DNA of 64,000 nucleotides, from positions 515,092 to 579,091 of the forward strand of contig NC_068992.1 of the NCBI RefSeq assembly GCF_001194135.2. The letters are read 5' to 3'. Positions within the stretch are counted from its first letter, which is position 1. Each line of letters begins with the position of its first letter. This document shows, piece after piece, positions 54,195 to 64,000 of the stretch. The stretch is from Octopus bimaculoides (taxonomy: Eukaryota). The translations under genes were made by a program, and so were the position numbers. The notes under the pieces were generated by a model that searched no databases, had not been told where the DNA came from, and saw only the letters and a program-made list of their open reading frames with translations.

Positions 54195-54335
54195 GATTAC
54201 GACTTACATTATCGAGCCTAGAGGGATGAAAAGCAAAGTCGACATTGGTAGTATTTGATGTCAGTAAGTAGAAGGACGAAACTAAATAATGTAAAGCATT
54301 TAGTTCGGTGTTCTACTATTTATGTTTCTACACTG
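54195..54335 (-). mobile_element. SINE family A, decayed
   Basis: atcga.cc.agagggatgaaaagcaaagtcgac...aagcatt. Confidence 0.6.
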
Positions 54336-54399
54336 CATTTGATTAGAAGAAGAAAAAAAGGACACTCTATACATGTTTGCTCGACTTACTACAAACAAT

Positions 54400-54530
54400 A
54401 GCTTACAGGGAAAGACACTTTGAACAGTGTAGTCTTAGATGCCCATAAAAATATAGGATGATCAAGAAGGGGAAACATGTGATCATCGATCTGTTCTGTC
54501 GAGGCTGACCTTGGGGTAAACGACTACCAT
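54400..54530 (+). mobile_element. SINE-like family E fragment
   Basis: aaagacact...tgtagtcttagat...gatcat...ggctgaccttggggtaaac. Confidence 0.4.
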
Positions 54531-55199
54531 TGCATCTAATTTCGGGTTACGAAGATTATTATGAAAGTAACTACAGGCATCGACGCTGTATGTATTCCTC
54601 ATGGTAAGTAAACATAATCATTCCTTATGTGAAAGAACATTATCATCTGAGTTTTATTCTGGAATTCAATGCAGATAAAAATATATAAATTTTTTTTAGT
54701 ATTCTCTGTTTCTTGAAAAATCATTGTCTAATGTTTTGTGACAGACAAAAGGAATAAAGTTCTTAGCGATCTAAGGAAGGACAATGGAACAATTCAATAG
54801 GAGTAAGTAAATGACTCGAAGCAAGGCTAACGGATCAGATCCGTAGAGTATTCCAGAAAGACATCAGTAAAGAATAACATCTATTCTTTTATACTTGTTC
54901 ACAATATTTTTACCGAGAACCAATACATAAGGTAAGTTAAAAGCAATTTTCTATTGCGTTAGCATACAACTTGAAGTCTATAATAAATGGAATTTCATCA
55001 GATATAGAGAAATTGGTAAAACATGTATGAAAATAAATTCTCCAATGTCCTATAAAAAAAGGGAAAAGTTAAGAAATAAATTAAAGAGTGTCAGATATCC
55101 AGTTGTGATAAAATCTATTCTATATTTTTACAATTCAATATTTCCCCGGAATGTAAAACGGAATGTCATACCATAATGGAATTATATATATTCATTCAT

Positions 55200-55375
55200 A
55201 CATAGATACGTACATACAAACACAAACATACACGCACATACACACGCACACAAACACACACATATAGATACATGTATGAATTCTTAATCAAAGAGCTAGG
55301 AATGTGTATATACACTCAGACACACATGTATTATCATATATTGTGTGTAATATATGAGTTTGTGTGTGTGCGTGC

Positions 55376-55414
<39 letters not shown>

Positions 55415-55459
55415 CGCGCGTGTGTGTAAATATGAATGTATTTAACTGCTTCTTATTCT

Positions 55460-55497
<38 letters not shown>

Positions 55498-55607
55498 TCA
55501 AACTCGTCAGTATGCATGTATTTGTACATAAATACATCTATTTGGAAGCTACCGAAAAAATATTTTTATCTGTCCATGTCACGCATGTGAGCACGGACGT
55601 AAATATA

Positions 55608-55672
<65 letters not shown>

Positions 55673-55680
55673 GCACATGC
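55200..55680. repeat. (CA)n and (TG)n tracts in alternating orientation
   Basis: Directly visible. Confidence 0.92.
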
Positions 55681-56039
55681 TCTCATCATTAATTCTTTCT
55701 CATATTAACTTCTTGCCGCTCACATATTCTTAAACTTGTGTTTTTATCACAGTTTGTATCTCGACAAATGTCGGATTTATATATTTCTATATTCATATTT
55801 GTCTTGTTACCTCTTGCTTTCTCCTCCACTCTGTCTGTCTGTCCCCTTGCGACCTACCCTGTCTGACTTTTAATCTTACTTTCTCCTTCTCTAACTTCTT
55901 TTCTGATGACACCTCTCTTTTCGCGCTGACATTGTGTTGTTTACATTTTTATTTGCCTCTTTGAAAGACATTCTCCTTGCTTTGTTGAACAGTATCCCAC
56001 GGAAGTGTTTATCCTTAATTGTCCGACTCCCTCATATGA

Positions 56040-56235
56040 TTGGAATTTACAAAAAACAAAACAAAAACAAAACAAAATACGAAGACGGGTGTGTAAACAA
56101 CAAACTGATGTATTAGTTTAACGCTCGGGAAGTGAGAAAAACTTTTACGTTTCGAGCTTACACTCTTTGTCAGAAAGGAACACAGAAATAAGCAGAGAGA
56201 GAAAATACAAAAAGGTTTAGTGGCTAGCCATCAAT
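56040..56235 (-). mobile_element. Penelope-type pseudo-LTR fragment carrying a hammerhead-like motif
   Basis: Minus strand cttt-CTGACAA-a-gagt[gtaa]gctc-GAAA-CGTA-aaag at 56142-56177. Confidence 0.6.
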
Positions 56236-56313
56236 CCCTCATATGATGCTGTCTTCTAAGTTGTAAGATGTTTTTCTTTCTAATGTCTCAGTGATGTTTA
56301 CGTTAGCATATAT

Positions 56314-56365
56314 GACTTGCAGCCATCTAGCTACACCTTAAGGTGTAGCTAGATGGCTTCACGTC
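56314..56365. repeat. 52-bp near-perfect palindrome with a 38-bp perfect, spacer-less core
   Basis: agccatctagctacacctt|aaggtgtagctagatggct (56321-56358); the outer 7 bp pair with two mismatches. Confidence 0.97.
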
Positions 56366-56879
56366 TTTCAGATAAAATACTCCGAAACTGCACTGTTTCT
56401 AAACCCAACGCAGAAATTTTCCGTTAATTGTTTTCCATATCGTCTCGCTTTGACTTTGGTTGTATATATGATGTAATCAAAATGTAGGACAAGCCTTTCT
56501 GCGTTATTGCACTTTGGCTACAAAAACAGAATCTACTATTTGTAGCTTACTAAGAACTGCCGTTTTCATATGTAAGCAGTGAATAATAACACGTTTTGCT
56601 GTCGTGAGCAATGCTTTATCAGGCTGGAATTAGATAAAGCACACTAAATAGCAAAGATTAAAATAAAATTATGAACATTTATATTTAACACATTTCTGTA
56701 TACTCAAACGTGAAAAAGATATCGCTGCGGTAAAATTAGTTCCAGTACACACCAGAAAATTCATTATTTCTTGTTTACATAACAGTACAGCGGTTCTCAG
56801 TGGAGTGGAATTACTTCTTTTAGGAATGTAGAAAGAAATATAACAAAAATGTCCAATTACGCCTAATAAATGAACATGA

Positions 56880-57228
56880 CACTGGCATTCCGTCGGTTAC
56901 GATGATAAAGATTCCCGTTGATCTGATCAACTGGAACAGTCTGATTGTGAAATTAACATGCAAATGGCTGAGTACTCCACAGACACGCGTACCCTTAAGG
57001 TAGTTCTCAGGGAGATTCAGCTTGATGCAGAATGTGACAAAGCCGGCTTTTTGAAATTCAAGTGCTACTCGCTTTTGCCAGCTGAGTAGACTGGAGCAAC
57101 GTAAAATAAAGTGTCTTGCTCAAGGACTCAGCGCACCGCCTGGAATGGAACTCACGACCTTTGCAATCGTGACCCGAATACCCTAACCACTATTCCACCA
57201 GCCTTCACGAGCATAATACTTCATATGA
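56880..57228 (-). mobile_element. tRNA-derived SINE family D (full length)
   Basis: Minus head gtgaaggc...agtggttagggtattc...gtcgtgagttccattcc, then tccttgagcaagacacttt and ctccagtctactcagctg (shared with family C), then a distinct tail. Confidence 0.8.
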
Positions 57229-57823
57229 CTTTAAATGTAAGGCATTCGAAAGAAGCAGATCATTCGGAAATGGCACACAATTTGTGGGTTACGCAAACCT
57301 GAAACTACATCATCCTCAGAAACCTTACCAAATCATCTGATTGCCTAAATTTGAGATCAGAGATCTTCACCAATTATGACATGTCTATCAATATTTAATG
57401 GTTTAATGAAAGATTATGCGACAAACTTATTGAATGGATAAATATTTAACTTATTTTGCGGTATCAATAACATTTTTCCTCGTGAATTTTAACACACCAG
57501 GAGGCAATTTTTACGTCTATAGACCTCTGTCATTTACATAAACAATACCTGCCGATACCTCACTCTACCACATGACAACACATTCACAAACATTTCGGAC
57601 TGCAACTCATTAAAAGACAGCACTTTTTAACGCAACTGTTTATCTAATCCTTCCTCTTCCCAACCAATCGTACTTCATTCTCGCTAAGCATCACAGGAGA
57701 ATTAACTCACTCCAACAATAATAAGATGTAACGAGTCCTACCCCTTTCTATGTTTTCAAACTTATAATTTGTGTTTCAGAGAAAGGAAGAGAAAGTAAAG
57801 AAAGCAAGAATGAAAGAGAAAGA

Positions 57824-57859
<36 letters not shown>

Positions 57860-58418
57860 TGGAAGGAAAGAAAGAGAGATAGAGAAAGATATAGTATAAA
57901 ATCAATGAAAGAAGAATAGTGTGGATACAGAGTCGAAAGCTTCACATATAATAATGCTGAATCAGCGGTGGCAAGGAATGCAATATTAAAGGAAAATTAA
58001 TGTAGCATTCTCTACTATTTTAAAGCATCTTATTTAGTTATTCTGCTCTATTAAATTTTGAAAACCTTTCCGAATTTGTACTGTATCGACTCCACTATTT
58101 ATTTTAAGAAACGTAATTATATTTTCTCTCTCATTTGATAAAACGGCGTGAAATGTAATTGAATAAAATAAAAGAAAAACAATGAAACTAGAAAATTCAC
58201 TTTACATTTTTGGCGTTAAGTGGAAATGTATATTCCGGGTGGTTATATATATAAAAAAAAACGAAAACAAATAAAGGAATTCAAGTATCTATTTTCTACT
58301 TTGTCTCCTCTTTATGTCTATTGAGTTTAAAATAATAAAAAAAAAGACCTTTTACTGCGTCTAGTATTGTTACTGACAATAATAATGTTAATACTAAAAT
58401 ATACTTACCAATTTCCTT

Positions 58419-58419
<1 letters not shown>

Positions 58420-58500
<81 letters not shown>
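58420..58500. repeat. (ACT)n microsatellite
   Basis: Directly visible. Confidence 0.97.
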
Positions 58501-58502
<2 letters not shown>

Positions 58503-58689
58503 GAGTGCCACACTGGACGTTTCTATGCATGATTGGCCGATTTGACAGAGAATCCTGGCTGGGAATCTCACAAAAAAAAAAAAAGATCCAGACATGTGGT
58601 GTTGCTCTACCAAATAAGATATTGCTTATTCTAACGAAGCACATTTTCGTATCTTCTTTCTTCTCAGTTTGTGATAAATGCTCGAGTAA

Positions 58690-59640
58690 GGACACGATTT
58701 TGGCAGGAACCCACTCGATTCTACCACCGTCAATTTGAGGATTTTGCTCTTATCCATGATAAACTCCTCATTCTCCATGTCTTCCTATCACAGTCTTAAG
58801 AAACGTGCAATGCCCCAATCCCTCGAAGGCCCAAACCGACAATCTCTACCCCAACTAACATTCGACCAATCACTCAAACTTTCAATATACTAAACTTTAT
58901 GGAGACTATCTTAACGACTACTAATACCTTTAAATTCTGTTCCTCTAGTGTCTAGGTTTTCTTGAATTACTCACCAGTAGAGCCTTACCAATGAGAATTT
59001 TGGAGAAAACGATTTTTTAAAAATTTGTTATTAGCAAAGTGTTCCAATGTGTGGACATCCAAGCTAAATTCTATTGTATGAGTTCTGTCTCTAATGTGTC
59101 TCTTCAAGAGAAAGTTTTATTTAACCGCACTTTGTGTTGATGAAAATCCCTCTGATCTACACATTATCACCCCTACTTGGTTCATAGATTCGGTATTGTA
59201 CCTCATAATTTCCCTACTCTATATCAACGACTTACTCGCCATCACACTCAACAGCGATGATAACACTCTTTATCATTTCTAGCCTTCCGCTTACAAGCGT
59301 CGTTCCTCATCAGTTTTGACAACGCACGCCATAATTGCAATGCCGTTATCAACAAAGATCAGGAAAACATTTTAGAATCAGAAAAAGGTTAATCCTGCTT
59401 TCTTCAACTGCACAAATCCACAATCACTGTACATATCAATAAAAGTATCTTGTGTATTCATGAGTGAAGAACAGCCGCAAGGTATGCAGAAATGCCAGAC
59501 GTCACAATTACTCAAGATTTCTCATGGCTACATTCCAAACAATAAATTTCTTTAGCCACAACTACATCCCAAATGCTAAATTTCTTGTTAAGGACAAGAA
59601 AACGTTTCAGTTCCAGCAACTGATGCATTGGGAGACTACT
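58690..59640 (+). mobile_element. Decayed CR1/L2-group LINE reverse-transcriptase region
   Basis: APIPRR...PTNIRPIT.TFNILNFMETI (~PIPKKG..P.NYRPISL.S..SK.ME), then DSVLY..SLLYINDLL..NSDDNTL (~QGSVLxPxLFLLYINDL...ADD). Confidence 0.65.
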
Positions 59641-60037
59641 TGAGATGGTACAGCTGCTTTAGTTTTGAGCAAATGATGTAATTCTATGTAGAGAAACCTC
59701 AAAACTAACGATAAATAGAAAATAACCCACTCGCAATGAACAACTAGAAAAGATTATCCTTAGTAGTGAAGAGTCATTCAAAATAAACTTTGTAATTCTT
59801 TCTAGACTAATCAGATCGATTCTGTTGAAGTTTGGCGTGAATGGTTGTTCGCCAACGTTGAATGTAAAAACCTACCAGAGGTTATCAAATCTGTCGGGAA
59901 TTGATTGACCGTTCTAAGTAGAATCAGAGAGATGAGAAGTAGCGCGAGTAGGGAGAGTGTACGGTGGGTGGGGAGGTTTTGGAGGGGCTGTCTCACTAGC
60001 TAGTTCAGAGAAGAAGAGGCTATTGCAGTAGCAGCTA

Positions 60038-60040
<3 letters not shown>

Positions 60041-60098
<58 letters not shown>

Positions 60099-60145
60099 CG
60101 AGCGGGGGAGAGAAAGAGAGAGAAAGGGGGAGAGAGAGGAGGAGA
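60041..60145. repeat. (GA)n / polypurine tract
   Basis: Directly visible. Confidence 0.95.
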
Positions 60146-60767
60146 AAGACAGAGGAGGGACATGTGTCAAGTACTGTAGTGTTACTGTGTGAAAATCTGT
60201 GAAACTGTTGCTGTGATTCAGATGTGTGTAGTTGCAGTAACGATTCAAAGGAGAATGCAGTATTACGGATCTTGTTTGACATTTGCATAGGGTCAGCAAC
60301 TGTTCAGGGATCAAGAAGTTTGTTGTGCTATAGAGAGATTCGTCATTGGGACAAGTTTCTTATAAATACTCTAATAAAATTTTTTGTAATAGGATACAAG
60401 ACCACAAACACTTCAAAGAGGTCGAAAATGTGATAGGAGTTGATCTTGGCGAGGCTTGAACTCGGAATATAGATGGCCGCAACTAGACGTCGAGAGGCAT
60501 TTAGTCTTCTCCCTTTTCACATCAAATATTGATAATTGTAATAACAAAAACAAAAATATAAAGCTTACCTTTATGAGATGTGACCTGTTATCGATTATGT
60601 TACGCACCAGCGGATAGCTTATTAAATGCTTTGAAAAAGAATTAATAGAAACGATATATAGCGAAACCATATAACTTTCTGACGGGGATATAAATAAAAT
60701 TGAAATGTATTACAATATTAACAATTCCACAATAGGGTGTGGTTTTGGTAGAGAATTCAAATATTCA

Positions 60768-60769
60768 CT

Positions 60770-60844
<75 letters not shown>

Positions 60845-60900
60845 GCTATTATTTATTGTTGATGTTGTTGCGTTTGTTGCTGCTTTTGCTGTCGTTGTAA
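60768..60900. repeat. In-register (TCA)n to (TTA)n to degenerate (TTG/TGC) triplet mosaic
   Basis: Directly visible. Confidence 0.9.
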
Positions 60901-61059
60901 GTGTTGTCTTTAATTCTATTATTATTTCATTCTCCACTCGTAAATGTATATTATTGTATTTGTTTACAAGCGTTGCTAGCAAACCTACAAAAAAAAAATG
61001 GAAAAAGCAACCTATACTTCAAAATTGAAAGTTAATTCAAATACACAGAAAGTTATCGA

Positions 61060-61421
61060 TATACATACATACATACATACATACATACATACATACATGT
61101 ATGCAGAAGTCTCATCCATATAGCTTACTCTTTGCAATCATATTGTTGCAGCTAATTTTAATTCTTTAAAATATATATCTGATGTCATTTTAAATATACT
61201 TCAATGCATTCATACGCCTATATACAACTGTGTATGCTGCAAATATGCATGCCCAGTATAAGCAAAAGGCTTGTGTGCATACGTGTTCAAATATATGGAT
61301 GAATATAACCTTGGCTCTAAATATCCGTATTTATCAGCATATAACTGAATGGATTCCTCTCTTTCACTCTTTCATTCTCTAATGAACGGTCATTCACCTA
61401 TCCGACACACGTATCTTACAC

Positions 61422-61502
<81 letters not shown>

Positions 61503-61690
61503 TTATATATGTGTGTGTGTGTGTCTGTCTGTAGACATGCATACACATATACGTACATATATAGATTGTAATACATTGCTGCAAAATAATTCACTGCATG
61601 TGCATTTTAATAAAGAATTGTAGTATATATATTTGTATAGTTCATGAGACAGATACAATTAAGTTATAGACATAAGGCTGTACACACGCA

Positions 61691-61740
<50 letters not shown>
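61060..61740. repeat. (CATA)n, (TCTA)n and (CA)n microsatellites
   Basis: Directly visible at about 61062-61096, 61420-61500 and 61690-61740. Confidence 0.9.
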
Positions 61741-61741
<1 letters not shown>

Positions 61742-61954
61742 CAACAGTACTCTGTAATTTAATGCATAGAGTTGAGTTAAGAAAGATCAAACCATAAATT
61801 TGGGCGACGGAGACAGTTGATGATATCTGTTCATTTGCTTGACACCTTTATTTTATCGACCACGGAATGACGAAAGGCAAAGTCTAAGAGATTTGCATTA
61901 GGGCCGTAAAAAAAGCAACAATAATTGAAACTGGGATTTTTCAGTCGGTTTTCT

Positions 61955-62304
61955 GTCACTGCCAAGATAAGTGAAGAGGTCAACCACTTCAACATTCTCA
62001 CCCCCAACAAAAACAGACGAGGTGGCATCCTCCAAGAGGCCATCGAAAGATTGGATGTTTGTCTTGACCCAAGAGACACCGAGGGCAAGCTGTTCCTCGC
62101 TCATGGAAAGGAGAGTGCTCCACAATGCACCTAGATACTCAGGAAAAATAATCACGTCATCAGCAGAATATAGATCTGTAATCCTAGTTCCACCAATGAG
62201 GGCATCACAACTTGATCGAGTCACCACTCGGCCAAATATCCGATTCCTGTAGGCAGTGAACAGAGTTGGATCCAATACACAACCCTCACGGACCCCAATA
62301 CCTT
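61955..62304 (-). mobile_element. RTE-clade LINE reverse-transcriptase fragment
   Basis: GVREGCVLDPTLF...ITDLYSADDVIIF...LGVSWVKTNIQ...ENVEVVDLFTYLGSD, an open frame with the QGCVLAP, FADD, KTK and FTYLGS motifs. Confidence 0.88.
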
Positions 62305-62768
62305 ACAGGTCATTCCCCTCTTACAGATCATTCCCACCTTGCAAATCATTCCCACCTTGCAAATCATTCCCACCTTACAGATCATTCCTACCTTACAGAT
62401 CACTCCCACCTTGCAGATCATTCCCACCTTACAGGTCATTCCCACCTTGCAGATCATTCCCACCTTACAAATCATTCCCCTCTTACCGATCATTCCCACC
62501 TTACAGATCGTTCCCTTCCCTCCTTACAGATCAATCCCACCTTGCAGATCATTCCCACCTTACAGATCATTCCCACCTTGCAAATCATTCCCACCTTGCA
62601 GATCATTCCCACCTTACAGATCATTCCCACCTTACAGATCATTCCCACCTTGCAAATCATTCCCACCTTGAAGATCATTCCCACCTTACAGATCATTCCC
62701 ACCTTGCAAATCATTCCCACCTTGAAGATCGTTCTCTCCTTACAGATCATTCCCATCATACAGATCAT
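62305..62768. repeat. 18-bp minisatellite, consensus (a/g)ca(g/a)atcattcccacctt, about 25 units
   Basis: Counted by eye; unit 12 (62503-62525) has a 5-nt insertion. Confidence 0.97.
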
Positions 62769-63419
62769 GAGCTTCAGGTTTCCTGCAGCATGAGCCATCA
62801 TCAGCCCGATCAACTTAGGACTAACATTTTTAACGTATTTTAGAAGCTTATGTTCAGAATAGCAATTACTGCCGTCAGCAATGCAGTAACTACATTTCAG
62901 ATGTTACATTAGACTTAAGCATAAATAACCATTCCCTCTATACAAAACACAAATCTATATGTATATTGATAAGTCTGGCAATGAATAACATTAGCCGACG
63001 CATTTCGTCAGACGAAGACATTTTCAACACAAAATCATACTACTAGTGCCACCTTATGGAGAGAGTCTTTTACATGAAAAGACGGGATATAATATGGTCT
63101 CGTAAAACAACATAAACCCTTAAAAACCGAGCAAGTGTAACATCTTTTGCTTTAATACTTCTCGTGGCCTAAGTTTGGCCTCCGAAACTGTCAAAACTTT
63201 CTTAAGCGTAATTAACGCATAGTTCGTAAAACATCTCTGGGATGCCTTTATAAACAGCGAAAGCGTTTATGCCTTACGAACGTTTCTTTCAAAAGATTTG
63301 TGCTATTCTGTTTTATCTTCAAGATTCATTTTCAAATAAGGTTTTTTTTTAGATTTAAGACAATCTTTCTTCAAATATTGTGATTGTACCAAACATTCCT
63401 AAAAACACGCAGTACGTCT

Positions 63420-63630
63420 GAAAAATACACACAAACACACACACACTCGCACACGCACGAAAACACACACAAGCACATACACATATGTACGCATGTATAT
63501 GTATATATACGTACATGTCCATACACATATATACATATACAAATATATCTATATACATATATATATATATATATATTGCGTGTGTGTGCTATGTGTGGTG
63601 GTATGCATGTCTGTGCGTGTGTGTGTGTGT
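63420..63630. repeat. CA/TA/TG microsatellite mosaic
   Basis: Directly visible. Confidence 0.9.
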
Positions 63631-64000
63631 GGAGGGCGTTTGTGCCTGAGGATGTATACATTACCGTTCTAACCATTAAAAATGACAGGTTTTTGAGTGG
63701 TGAATAAATTATGCCAACATAATACCCAAGAATATATGAATAGAAATATCTGTAGGAATGTGAGTACGTTTCAATGTGTTTAACTTGACAAGCATTTGCA
63801 ACAAGTATTAACACTTTCCTGTATCTTAGAAGAGACAAGGAAGCATTAGGTGTGCTCTTGCCTTTTGTATATTCTCTACCTCCCTGTTCACCAATAATAG
63901 CAAAGGTTATTATAATTTTCGATTTCTCCTCTCTCTTTCCTCCTTTTCTTTTGATGTAACATTCTCCCTCTCTCTTATACCAGAAATCCCACTACTCACT

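Noticed and set aside
62305-62768. CRISPR-like array
   Set aside because: Units are contiguous with no unique spacers, there are no cas genes, and the context is eukaryotic.
62256-62843. His-rich or Pro-rich repeat protein (175-195 aa ORFs)
   Set aside because: Frames are open on both strands simply because the unit lacks stops, and a 5-nt insertion in unit 12 shifts the frame mid-array. No coding evidence.
62995-63029. Possible fourth hammerhead relic on the minus strand (TTGAAAA...gtc/gac-GAAA-TGCGTC)
   Set aside because: Two core changes and no convincing stem I; too degenerate to support.

Overview
AT-rich, repeat-dense eukaryotic non-coding DNA. The SINE families and the CA/TA/AAT/TATC microsatellite load match what I recall of Octopus (coleoid cephalopod) genomes; this is an inference, and no search was run. 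No host protein-coding gene can be called with confidence, so the window looks like a large intron or intergenic region. All recognisable coding signal is transposon-derived: two decayed mariner transposases, R4/Dong-type non-LTR fragments, Tx1/L1, CR1-group and RTE reverse-transcriptase remnants, and a nearly intact Penelope GIY-YIG endonuclease. There are several tRNA-derived SINE families with swapped modules, a foldback MITE, many microsatellites and nine assembly gaps. The most interesting observations are: (i) a Penelope 3' region containing a tRNA-like Pol III head, an (AAT)n spacer and a degenerate hammerhead-ribozyme motif; (ii) further hammerhead-like Penelope ends; (iii) a spacer-less 38-bp perfect palindrome centred on TTAA; (iv) a 58-nt pre-miRNA-shaped hairpin at the end of a dead LINE; (v) an 18-bp minisatellite fused to an RTE break point. 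Most long ORFs in the supplied track are microsatellite or N-gap artefacts.
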